Positions 25,625 to 34,249 of a DNA stretch of 64,000 nt are shown here, piece after piece. Location of the stretch: positions 124,001-188,000 of IMG/VR virus record IMGVR_UViG_3300011934_000017. One strand, 5' to 3'. The notes below the pieces were generated by a model, which saw only the letters and a program-made list of their open reading frames with translations, searched no databases and was not told where the DNA came from. The position numbers and the translations under genes were made by a program. The number at the start of each line of letters is the position of its first letter. The stretch's first letter is position 1.

Positions 25625-26147
25625 ATCGGTGACGCACTCTGTTTTTGCCGCAGCGACGACAAGGTCTTGGAGCTATTGACCTGCGAATGATGTTGAGATT
25701 CTTGTTCTGTGGTGTGATGCTTGCTGTAGACTGACCGAACTTGGCAGCGTGTCTCTCCATGACTAGACTCTCATTAAACATATCCTTGTACGACCATGCT
25801 TTTTGGTGTGCAAGCTCCCATGCGGGAATATCAATAGCTTCGTCTAGTAGAGACAGTACCATTCCCCGTGGTATTACTTTCTGCGGCTTTCCCTGACCTA
25901 CCTTGAGCACTGTGCAATCATCTTCGGCAATAACAATCGGGGAATGATGCTCGATGTTATTGTTGATGATAAGGTAGTGATCTTTGCCTTCTGTGCCGGG
26001 AGAACGAAAAGCAGGAACGCGCAACCAAGAGTCTTCCCACGGTTCTTCAGTCTTTGGGTCCCAAGGCAAATTCCAAGAACGCAGAAAGACCAAGACGTAA
26101 GCGTTGAAAGTGATATTGCTGGGATTGTTGTGAACGTAGACTTCCAT
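25623..26147 (-). CDS. hypothetical protein with C-terminal CxxC
   Basis: 174-aa ORF with SD GAGG. Confidence 0.7.
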   Translation of the reverse strand: MEVYVHNNPSNITFNAYVLVFLRSWNLPWDPKTEEPWEDSWLRVPAFRSPGTEGKDHYLIINNNIEHHSPIVIAEDDCTVLKVGQGKPQKVIPRGMVLSLLDEAIDIPAWELAHQKAWSYKDMFNESLVMERHAAKFGQSTASITPQNKNLNIIRRSIAPRPCRRCGKNRVRHR

Positions 26148-26155
26148 ATAAACCT

Positions 26156-27715
26156 CTACAATGTAAGACCCGACTTCACTTTGTCCGGATTCTTCAGATA
26201 AGCCGCAACACGCTTCTGTGTGTCTTTAGCTGCGCGAGCACCAGGGTCTTTCAAGTCTTTAGTCAGACCTTCAATTTCTTTTCGTAAGGCTGCAATCTTT
26301 GTTTTCAGATCGGCTGCTTCCAACTTAGCCAGCTTACGCACCTGACGATTCAGAATGATAGTGGCGTCTGCTTCGGGCATCTTCATTGCCTTGGCCAGTG
26401 TCGCGTCAGGATTATCTGCTACCAGCACTTTAGGCAGCACCTTCAACAACTTCTCCATATTCTCAACAGCGAACAGGTAGACCTCTTGTAAGTGAAGCTC
26501 TTTCTTGGCTTTCTCAAGCAGGTTCTCAACCAACCGTAGCTCCAGAGCAATGCGATACTTGATCCAAGCACTAAAGAACTTGTCGTATCCAAGATAGTGG
26601 AAAGCATTGCGGTCATCTTCTTTTCGAACCGTGATACCAAGACGATAGCTTACTTTACTGGTAGTCTGCTTTTCTACCTTCTCTACAATATCGTAGAAGT
26701 CTTCAGTGCCGAGACCTTTCTGGCACTCAATGATAAACAAGGCGCCGTACGGGCCACTGCCTTTAGACTTCTTGCCTTGCTTGCTGTAACACTTGCGAAC
26801 ACCGTCAATGTTGCTAATCTTTTCCAGTGTCTTATCAATCTGGACAGTAGATGACAAACCAGAAGGAACGAAAGAACGGATGTATAGGGTCTTCTTATCG
26901 TAGTCCTCTTCAAACAGCGGAGCATACGTAACACTGCCTTTGCCTGTCTTTACCATTTCCTCCATGTCGGCTCTTTCAATAGACGCATCGCATCCCCAAG
27001 CGTGTTGCACCTCTAGCATAGATGCTAACTTCTTGGAGCTAATCGTCTTGCCTTTGAGCAGTGCAATAACTACCTTGGCTACGCTGCGAAACGAGAAGCT
27101 TGGGTTACCTGCGCGAACGCCGTATGCTGGCGCTGGTATGTTACCATTAAACAATGCATACGGTAGTAGTGATGGAAGAAACAGGGGAATCGTATCGTCA
27201 CCACTGAAGTTGGGAACCTTCGGCACAACCTCTAAGTAGTCACGGTCTAGCATGAAGCTATTCGTAAACTTACTCATACGTGCTTCAGTGTAACGCTGAG
27301 CAGCAGGAGGATTGATCGGTGTACCCCAGTTACCTTGACCGTCTACCGCAGGTGGCATTGTGTTTGCAATCGTAACCATCGCACCGTAAGCAGCGCTATC
27401 ACCATGCGGGTGATATTTACCGATGGTGTCACCAACAGTACGTGCAGACTTTTTATACGAGCTGGACGGACGCAAGTTAAGACCAGCTAATGACCAAAGT
27501 AATGCGCGGTGCACAGGCTTCAGACCGTCACGATAATCGGGTACCGCACGATCTTCTACAACGTAGGCACCGTAGATGCTAAGTGCTTCGGCTGTGAACT
27601 TGTCTAAGCCTTGGTCCCGTAATGTGGTGTCAGTGATACCAGGCATCGGGAAAATAGACAGGTCATCAGTCTTTGCAACTTGAGTGGTCTTTGCTTTGCG
27701 TGTTTGCTTTACCAT
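26156..27715 (-). CDS. gyrA: type IIA topoisomerase subunit A (GyrA/ParC-like), no C-terminal pinwheel
   Basis: DGLKPVHR, KKSARTVGDTIGKYHPHGD, GQGNWG, AAQRYTEARMS (catalytic Tyr). Confidence 0.95.
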   Translation of the reverse strand: MVKQTRKAKTTQVAKTDDLSIFPMPGITDTTLRDQGLDKFTAEALSIYGAYVVEDRAVPDYRDGLKPVHRALLWSLAGLNLRPSSSYKKSARTVGDTIGKYHPHGDSAAYGAMVTIANTMPPAVDGQGNWGTPINPPAAQRYTEARMSKFTNSFMLDRDYLEVVPKVPNFSGDDTIPLFLPSLLPYALFNGNIPAPAYGVRAGNPSFSFRSVAKVVIALLKGKTISSKKLASMLEVQHAWGCDASIERADMEEMVKTGKGSVTYAPLFEEDYDKKTLYIRSFVPSGLSSTVQIDKTLEKISNIDGVRKCYSKQGKKSKGSGPYGALFIIECQKGLGTEDFYDIVEKVEKQTTSKVSYRLGITVRKEDDRNAFHYLGYDKFFSAWIKYRIALELRLVENLLEKAKKELHLQEVYLFAVENMEKLLKVLPKVLVADNPDATLAKAMKMPEADATIILNRQVRKLAKLEAADLKTKIAALRKEIEGLTKDLKDPGARAAKDTQKRVAAYLKNPDKVKSGLTL

Positions 27716-27726
27716 AACAACCCCTT

Positions 27727-29772
27727 TTAATCTTTAAGACCGAGTAAGCGACGACGATAAACAGCATCTTCAGCCACAACACCGCGGAAGAAACGCTCCT
27801 GCTCTTTGTCAGCAAACGGATTGATTCGAATCATCTTACGTGTACCAGGATTGAATGCGATCGGTTCAAGGTATGTTTCATCAACTTCACCCCAACCTTT
27901 GATACGTACAATATCTTTATCTTTCACTGAGGCTGGCGCTTGTGCTCGTGCTTCTGCAAACGTCATACCGCCGTAAAGTTTGTTATTCTTTACAACTGCG
28001 TAAAGCGGAGCTTCGATACACCACACGCGGCCTTCTTTGAACATATCTGGCAACAGGCGATAGATAGCAGCTAGATACAGGACAGCAATGTGACCACCAT
28101 CTGGATCAGGGTCAACCAAAAGAATGACGTTCGCTGTGCGCAACTTTGCCGTGGACAGCGTTGGGTTCTCTGCTTTAGGGTCAAGTGTCTTTACATCAGC
28201 ACCAAGGGCCGTAAGCATCTGCTGAATTTCAGAGTGTGCCAGCACTTTAGACAACGGTGCTTTGAGAGCATTCAGCGGCTTACCACCAGCGGGAAGCACC
28301 TCTTGGTAGTCAGAGTTGCGAGCATCAATCGCGGTTCCAGCCGCGCTGTCACCCTCCACAATATAGAGTTCACGTTCACTGGGCTTGGCACGATCAGCGA
28401 CAGCAAGACCTGCAGGAAGCGCAGAGCCTTTAGTCTTCTTTTTCACATCAGCCATAGAACGCACAACAGCCGCAAGATCGGTACGACCTTTACCCATAGC
28501 CTGTGCGCGTTTAACGATGGCTTTAGCGGTCTTCTTATTTTTATCAAAATACTCTTCAATCGCAGGAAGCAAAGCATCGTAAACTTCACGGTCTACTTTC
28601 GACGCCAGCTTATCTTTTACCTGAGACGTATACTGTGCCCCATGCATTCGAAAGTCAAACAGACCTGTAAGGCCAATCAGCAGGTCAGAGCCTTTGAAGC
28701 CGAGCGCACGACCTTTACCTTTGGTAGTAGGTGTGAAGGGCTTGATTGCTTGTACGACAGCATCCGTAAAGCCTTTAACGTGCCAACCACCGTCGGCCGT
28801 GGGACTTGTATTGACAAAGCTCAAAAAGTTGTCGATATCAGGATGATCTGCCCATGTCACTGCGCAGCTAATGTAGTCGGACTTGAATGTGAATGGTTTG
28901 CCAAGCGGCGTAAGCTCTCGGCTATCACACATGGTCTTGGGAATCCATGAAAGGTCTTTCTTATTCTGAAAGACAGCACTCTTAACTTTTTCTTTGCGCA
29001 CGACTGTAAGGCGAATGACCAGACCTGGATTAAGATTAGCCATGTACTTCAACCAATCAGCAACTTTCTTTGCGTCAGGTTCTGCCTTAACAAAATTCTT
29101 GGGCAGCTTCTTTCCACGTCGTGCGGATTCTGACACTACATCTTGGTCAAGGCGACACGCGATAATAGTGCCGTACTTCTGGACTTTCTTGTCTTTCAAA
29201 AGCGCCATAACATCAGCGTCAACTTTCTTTACTTTGACAGGATGATCGCCTTTGGTGGTAATCTCACCTTGCTCGAAGCTTTGATAGACCAGATTGCCGT
29301 TGTAAGTAGACCATGCGCGTAGACTTGAACTGATAGCATTCACGGCAGCTACACCTATACCGTGTGTGCCCGCACTGGTCTTGTAGGCTTTGTCGTTGAA
29401 CTTACCGCCTGCGTGTGTGCGTGTCAGTGCAGCGGTCATGATTGTAATCTTTTCACCGCTTTTCAATTTCTTAAAGTCGGTTGGAATACCACCTGCACCA
29501 TCGGCAACAACTAACAGGTCATTATCATAGTCGATGACCACTTCGATCAGATTGTTACGACCGCTGATATGTTCGTCGTAGGAGTTGTCAACTTTTTCTT
29601 TCAGAGCACGGCGAGCCATTTCTTCACCAAGCTCACCTAGGTACATGGTAGGGTTGGCGCGGATACCTGAAAGTCCCTCCATTATTTCGAAGCCTTCTTG
29701 TGAAGCTGACTTCTTTTTAGTTTTCGAAGAGCCTGTCACGTCTACCTCTTGAACACCTTTCTTTCTGGCCAT
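27727..29772 (-). CDS. gyrB: type IIA topoisomerase subunit B (GyrB/ParE-like)
   Basis: EKVDNSYDE, DGAGGIP, HAGGKF, GTHGIGV (GHKL ATPase); EGDSAAG, DPDPDGGHI (TOPRIM); KGWGE. Confidence 0.95.
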   Translation of the reverse strand: MARKKGVQEVDVTGSSKTKKKSASQEGFEIMEGLSGIRANPTMYLGELGEEMARRALKEKVDNSYDEHISGRNNLIEVVIDYDNDLLVVADGAGGIPTDFKKLKSGEKITIMTAALTRTHAGGKFNDKAYKTSAGTHGIGVAAVNAISSSLRAWSTYNGNLVYQSFEQGEITTKGDHPVKVKKVDADVMALLKDKKVQKYGTIIACRLDQDVVSESARRGKKLPKNFVKAEPDAKKVADWLKYMANLNPGLVIRLTVVRKEKVKSAVFQNKKDLSWIPKTMCDSRELTPLGKPFTFKSDYISCAVTWADHPDIDNFLSFVNTSPTADGGWHVKGFTDAVVQAIKPFTPTTKGKGRALGFKGSDLLIGLTGLFDFRMHGAQYTSQVKDKLASKVDREVYDALLPAIEEYFDKNKKTAKAIVKRAQAMGKGRTDLAAVVRSMADVKKKTKGSALPAGLAVADRAKPSERELYIVEGDSAAGTAIDARNSDYQEVLPAGGKPLNALKAPLSKVLAHSEIQQMLTALGADVKTLDPKAENPTLSTAKLRTANVILLVDPDPDGGHIAVLYLAAIYRLLPDMFKEGRVWCIEAPLYAVVKNNKLYGGMTFAEARAQAPASVKDKDIVRIKGWGEVDETYLEPIAFNPGTRKMIRINPFADKEQERFFRGVVAEDAVYRRRLLGLKD

Positions 29773-29802
29773 AATACAATTCCTGATATCGATTGTCTTC
29801 TA

Positions 29803-29810
29803 TATTTACA
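29803..29810 (-). promoter_or_regulatory. TGTAAATA motif
   Basis: Between terminator and gyrB start. Confidence 0.6.
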
Positions 29811-29824
29811 CTAATCTCAGAAAC

Positions 29825-29855
29825 AAAAAGACCTCACAATTAAGGAGGTCTTTTT
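29825..29855. terminator. intrinsic terminator
   Basis: AAAAAGACCTC-ACAATTAAG-GAGGTCTTTTT. Confidence 0.85.
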
Positions 29856-29875
29856 GATATTGCTTTAGCGATTGA

Positions 29876-30244
29876 TCACGGTGCATAGTCCATCAGCATT
29901 TCTGCTAATGTTTCACAGTTTCGGCGAGTAAACTTCATACGCGCTTTTTTCATGTAATCCGCACAAAGATCAATAATCTCGCCTTCATCTTCTACATCTT
30001 CCATGTCTGGAAGTTCTTCACCAGTGGTCGTCTGAATACGATCCCGAACGTAGTCGTCAAGAAAGTTTGCAAACTTTTGGCGCTTACTCATTCCCATCAT
30101 CCGAGAAGAACCATAGTCTGTCTGGTTGCTGATTTCCAAAATCATTGCATCTTGTTTCTTCACGTCTCTAGGAACATTACCATCAATAGCGTTTTTGATA
30201 CATTCAGGAATATCGGAAGCGGCGGTGCTGATATAAACTTTCAT
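29876..30244 (-). CDS. hypothetical protein
   Basis: 122-aa ORF, SD GAGG; starts MKVYISTA. Confidence 0.7.
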   Translation of the reverse strand: MKVYISTAASDIPECIKNAIDGNVPRDVKKQDAMILEISNQTDYGSSRMMGMSKRQKFANFLDDYVRDRIQTTTGEELPDMEDVEDEGEIIDLCADYMKKARMKFTRRNCETLAEMLMDYAP

Positions 30245-30260
30245 AGTATAAACCTCTGAG

Positions 30261-30695
30261 TTAAGACTTTATTGAGCTAAGTAACGAAAACACATCAAGA
30301 CCGCGAAACAGATAATCAACAGGTGCTTCCCACAATATGACTCTATTGCCTCGCGTATCAATGCGCACCACGTTGAAATAAATTATGTTGTTTTCCGCAC
30401 TTAACACGATGTTGGCTATGGCGGACAACGGCCCTACAATGTCCAACTGAAGTTCAGCACCGTCTCGAAAAGAAAATCGAATACGGTATTGAGGAAACAC
30501 TGTGCGAAGATAGTCTATAAGATCAGAAGCATTTTTCTGAAACATAGGATCAACAAGAGGATTGTATTGTACGTCCGCACGATTGCGAAAGTCTTCCCGT
30601 GCGGACATATTTAAAAGAACGAGCTTATGGACGATAAACGCGCCATCTACAATGACGTTCCGCGTGTCTGGAGCTAAGCTATAAGCGCTGGTCAT
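30261..30695 (-). CDS. hypothetical protein
   Basis: SD GAGGTG; behind promoter copy 7. Confidence 0.7.
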   Translation of the reverse strand: MTSAYSLAPDTRNVIVDGAFIVHKLVLLNMSAREDFRNRADVQYNPLVDPMFQKNASDLIDYLRTVFPQYRIRFSFRDGAELQLDIVGPLSAIANIVLSAENNIIYFNVVRIDTRGNRVILWEAPVDYLFRGLDVFSLLSSIKS

Positions 30696-30710
30696 AATTC
30701 ACCTCAATCT

Positions 30711-30784
30711 AAACGTTAACTAAGTCCGTAACCAAGTTTAAAAGTTCTCTATAATGGAGCTGTCTTGCTTTTACAGTATATCAC
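30711..30784 (-). promoter_or_regulatory. extended -10 promoter (GTGATATACT) plus 28-bp element, copy 7
   Basis: -10 at 30780-30775; element 30738-30711; -35 not evident. Confidence 0.75.
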
Positions 30785-30804
30785 GTTTAGAAAGAAAAAG
30801 ATAG

Positions 30805-31617
30805 TTAAATCGACCGTGCGTTTTCTCGCTGCCAGAACGTAGCGATGGTCTTCACACCCCCAATCACTGGAGTGCCCCCATGCAGACTGTTTGGGTCTAT
30901 AGAGCCTGTATCATTAATGTTGGCGAAGAACACAGCATCACCTTTCTGAGGAGATACTTCGAAGCCAGCTTTCGGAAAAGAAGTTTTACCTCCAGAATTA
31001 GCTGCGTGTAGATAGACCACGGTAGTACCTACTCTTTGACCACCTCCGTTTAAATGCTTTTTAGAGCCTTCGATATTGGGATTAAACCAGTCATAGTGCG
31101 GCTTGTATTGTTGTCCTATTTCATATCGTAGAATCTGAAACAGTTCTGAATTTTCTACAGGCCATTGGGTCATTGTGGATATGCGATTAGCCACATCATT
31201 CAATACAGGGCATTCCTCATACGTAAGATGGCAACCAGAAGAGGTACGTGCGTCATGCTTCACACTACCTCCACCTTCATAGTCCACAACACCAGAAGGC
31301 TTCAGTCCTTTTTGTTCTGTTGCCTCTAGTATTGTATCGGCTTCTTGTTCTGAAATAAGTCCACGAATTAAAACGGCATGTGGGTTGTTTAAACGGCACA
31401 GAACATGGATATCGTGACCGCCAATAGAAAAATGATCTTCAACGATGCGAGGTCGTGACACTTCAAAGCCAAAAGCTTCGGCTAACGCTTCTGAAGCATC
31501 TGAAGGAGACCAACAAATTCTTACCATTTCTAGTTTCAGTTGCGTTCTGTCACAGCCACGAGAAACGCTTTCCTCGAGCCAGTTACGCCAATCAGTACCA
31601 TGCATATCCATCTTCAT
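30805..31617 (-). CDS. 2OG-Fe(II) dioxygenase, prolyl 4-hydroxylase-like
   Basis: QILRYEIGQQYKPHYDWF (HxD), GQRVGT..VYL, GGKTSFP, SLHGG.PV..G.K. Confidence 0.92.
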   Translation of the reverse strand: MKMDMHGTDWRNWLEESVSRGCDRTQLKLEMVRICWSPSDASEALAEAFGFEVSRPRIVEDHFSIGGHDIHVLCRLNNPHAVLIRGLISEQEADTILEATEQKGLKPSGVVDYEGGGSVKHDARTSSGCHLTYEECPVLNDVANRISTMTQWPVENSELFQILRYEIGQQYKPHYDWFNPNIEGSKKHLNGGGQRVGTTVVYLHAANSGGKTSFPKAGFEVSPQKGDAVFFANINDTGSIDPNSLHGGTPVIGGVKTIATFWQRENARSI

Positions 31618-31625
31618 AGAAATAC

Positions 31626-32201
31626 CTAATCCAAAGAAAATTCTGAAAATGCGGAGTAGTCATCAAACTTATGCATATTGTGGTCGCTTAGAAAGTCCGT
31701 CAGCAACACAGGATTTTTCTTAGAGCCACCGAGAATTACATTAGCTATCCAACGTCCGTATTTACCTGACTTTTTAGTTCGTATAACGTAGCTTTTGTTC
31801 AGCAGTAGGTCTTCCGCCATTTGAGAAGCTAAGATACCGTGTGCAAGTTCCGCAGCGTTAGCTGACCGCCACGTAGGTTCAGGAGTATCGAAGTCTTCAA
31901 GACGGAAAGTCTCTTGTACGGATACGTTGAAACCAAGATCGACGTTGGCCTCAAACGTATCACCGTCGATGATACGTGTTATGGTAGCACGATAATAAAA
32001 TAAGTCTTGGCCTTCGAAGATCAACGTGGCTTCTATAGCATCTGCCTTTTCCTTGTACTCTTTGTTCCAAGCGTGAAGCACAACATCTTGATGATGAAAG
32101 GCACCGCACTTAGGACATTCAGTAACGAAGTATGGCACAGGGAACCACGAAAGCGTTCCATCACAATCCTCACTAGGACAAGGTGAAGTAATTGCATTCA
32201 T
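31626..32201 (-). CDS. SNase/thermonuclease-family nuclease with N-terminal Zn ribbon
   Basis: RIIDGDTF..VDLGF...RL..FDTPE...KYGRW; CPSEDC...CPKC. Confidence 0.85.
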   Translation of the reverse strand: MNAITSPCPSEDCDGTLSWFPVPYFVTECPKCGAFHHQDVVLHAWNKEYKEKADAIEATLIFEGQDLFYYRATITRIIDGDTFEANVDLGFNVSVQETFRLEDFDTPEPTWRSANAAELAHGILASQMAEDLLLNKSYVIRTKKSGKYGRWIANVILGGSKKNPVLLTDFLSDHNMHKFDDYSAFSEFSLD

Positions 32202-32206
32202 AAAGG

Positions 32207-32632
32207 TTATTTACCTAACATCTTAACATGAGAAACAAGAAAGTTTTGGACATTGTTCACATACTGAGGAACAGTAGGGAGCTTAGCTACCTGTAAAAAC
32301 GCTCTCACATGTTGAGGCTCAATAGGCACATCGACGCCAACAGTACCCTTGTCACTCCATACGACTTTTTGAAAACGTTTCCAGATAACGTCTCGGAAGA
32401 ATTGATGTACCATAGCTTGAAAGCGTTTATCTTTGGCCACCAAGCTGTATGTACGTCCTATAAAGTCGAGCACATCAGGCGCTTGCTTGGGCTTTATGGT
32501 GCCGTTTCTAAGATCGAGGAGGGTATCTTTATCTTTTGCGGAGGAACACTCTGCAATAAAGTCAAGGGAGCCGTCAATATTGTTGCTCGCCTGAATTGTT
32601 CTAGTTTTAGCCATGCTAAGTTCAATCTGCAT
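32207..32632 (-). CDS. hypothetical protein
   Basis: 141-aa ORF; starts MQIELSMA. Confidence 0.7.
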   Translation of the reverse strand: MQIELSMAKTRTIQASNNIDGSLDFIAECSSAKDKDTLLDLRNGTIKPKQAPDVLDFIGRTYSLVAKDKRFQAMVHQFFRDVIWKRFQKVVWSDKGTVGVDVPIEPQHVRAFLQVAKLPTVPQYVNNVQNFLVSHVKMLGK

Positions 32633-33116
32633 CTTCTTCTCCTTCGTCTTCTGAGTCTTCTTCTAGGTCTGCATCCTCGTCTTCCTCTTCTCCTAGGTCT
32701 GCATCCTCGTCAGCATCTTCGTCTGGCTCGTCATCATCTGCATCGTCATCTGACTCGCCATCATCGTCCCCATCATTGGCATCGCCGCCATCAGCATCAT
32801 CGGCATCATCGTCGGCATCATCATCACCAGCATCGTCATCACCTTTTTCTTTGGAATCATCGTCATCAAGATCAAGACCTTTAGTAAGATCGTCACCTTC
32901 TTCTTCGGGCTTCTCTTCACCATCTTTCTTTTCTTCACCTTTTTCTTTTTGCTCTTTCTTAGCTTCTTCTTTCTTCTGCTCTCGGTCTTCTTTCTTTTCT
33001 TCTGCCTCTTCTTCTTCGGAAGGCTCAGTTTGAATAGCCGTTCCAGGATCGGTAGGTCCATAAGAAGCTAACACTTCGCGCATGGAGTTTTCATCAAATG
33101 ATATGGAAATAAACAT
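32622..33116 (-). CDS. acidic low-complexity protein
   Basis: SD AGGTG; starts MFISISFD; E/K block followed by D/A/E tract. Confidence 0.7.
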   Translation of the reverse strand: MFISISFDENSMREVLASYGPTDPGTAIQTEPSEEEEAEEKKEDREQKKEEAKKEQKEKGEEKKDGEEKPEEEGDDLTKGLDLDDDDSKEKGDDDAGDDDADDDADDADGGDANDGDDDGESDDDADDDEPDEDADEDADLGEEEDEDADLEEDSEDEGEEDAD

Positions 33117-33128
33117 GTTCTTCACCTG

Positions 33129-34166
33129 CTATTCGATATTTATGGCTGAAATAAGCTCTTGCTTATCTTCCTCGTCGGAAGGGTGTTCAGACATAAAATC
33201 TTTGAGTGTTTTTCGGAGTTTCTTATCGTTAAAGCAGACACCTAACATAGGACATTCCTTATAGTAGGCAATCTCTTTCTCATAAAACGCCAACGTCTTG
33301 CAAGGTTTATGCTTTATTGCCTTATCTGGATTTTGTTGTTTGAAGCTTTCTACTCCAGCCTTAAACTTCAATCTTTCGTTCTTTATGAGCGCCGCGCATT
33401 CTTCGTCCCACTTGTCTGTCCAGGTTTCTGAGTATTCGAAGAAATTAAACGGGTTGTCGCGGCTAAAATAAATCAGACTAAATCCTGCAATATCCATGTT
33501 GTACTTCTTCTTCAGAACCCAACAGTATGTAGGAAGCTGCTTTAAGTGACCTCTCTGAGGAAGCTTACCGCTGTCCATTTTATTCTTGGTGGTAGTCTTA
33601 TAATCCGCTACCCAGTATCTTCCATCTTGCATCTTTATGATACAGTCAATATGACCCTTTAAACCGCGGTAATTGATTTCTTTCTCAACGTACTCCATAC
33701 CGCTTTTGCATATAGGGCACTTATTATTTGTACTATTCTTCCGTGTGAGCTTTCCTTTACGCACTATTTGACCGTGTTTGTCGTAAAGATCGAGTCCTCT
33801 GGCACCTTTTTTGCATTTATGATTAATGCACTTCCAGTCACCAAAAATCTTTCCAGAAAAACCCATGTGAAATTGAATGTTCTCGTGGGCTTTTGTGCCT
33901 ATAGAGGTGAAGTAGTCCCCTGAGGCGGAACACTCGCTCTCGAAATAACCTATAGAGGCTCCTTTTGTAAGCTTCATGAAAACTAATATGCTACACAAAG
34001 GAAAAGCAGAGGGTCTATACTCAGGTCTTCTTCCTTCTTTTGTAGAGTATACGTTTTCCATAGCGTTCTCGTAGAGCTTGCCCGCTATAGATGTGGCTTT
34101 TGATCGTCTCGGAGGAAAACCACCTTTGGTAAACGTTTTCTTCTTAGGGATACGTGAATTAAACAC
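33129..34166 (-). CDS. Cas4-like / PD-(D/E)XK exonuclease (solo)
   Basis: RPS..P.C, GT..H, GHIDC...ADYKT, QL.TY, C-terminal C...CP...C; internal CxxC. Confidence 0.85.
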   Translation of the reverse strand: MFNSRIPKKKTFTKGGFPPRRSKATSIAGKLYENAMENVYSTKEGRRPEYRPSAFPLCSILVFMKLTKGASIGYFESECSASGDYFTSIGTKAHENIQFHMGFSGKIFGDWKCINHKCKKGARGLDLYDKHGQIVRKGKLTRKNSTNNKCPICKSGMEYVEKEINYRGLKGHIDCIIKMQDGRYWVADYKTTTKNKMDSGKLPQRGHLKQLPTYCWVLKKKYNMDIAGFSLIYFSRDNPFNFFEYSETWTDKWDEECAALIKNERLKFKAGVESFKQQNPDKAIKHKPCKTLAFYEKEIAYYKECPMLGVCFNDKKLRKTLKDFMSEHPSDEEDKQELISAINIE

Positions 34167-34179
34167 AAGTGAATCCTCG

Positions 34180-34216
34180 TGTAAATATAGTCATTATTTA
34201 CACATAAATGTAAATA
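34180..34216. promoter_or_regulatory. three TGTAAATA motifs in the divergent Cas4-like/primase gap
   Basis: Plus 34180-34187, minus 34195-34202, plus 34209-34216. Confidence 0.6.
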
Positions 34217-34249
34217 GCATCTATATAAATTACAGCTTGGGATGTTTGC

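Noticed and set aside
28090-28950. 286-aa plus-strand ORF inside gyrB
   Set aside because: Fully antisense to a conserved gene, with no recognisable motif.
2375-30738. The 28-bp repeated element plus a Cas4-like gene read as a CRISPR array
   Set aside because: Copies are hundreds to thousands of bp apart with whole genes between them and are always tied to a promoter; there are no regular spacers and no cas1/cas2.
32309-33061. ORFs 32309-32884, 32693-33061 and 32776-33033 (poly-H, M or S)
   Set aside because: Frame shadows of the acidic 32622-33116 gene.
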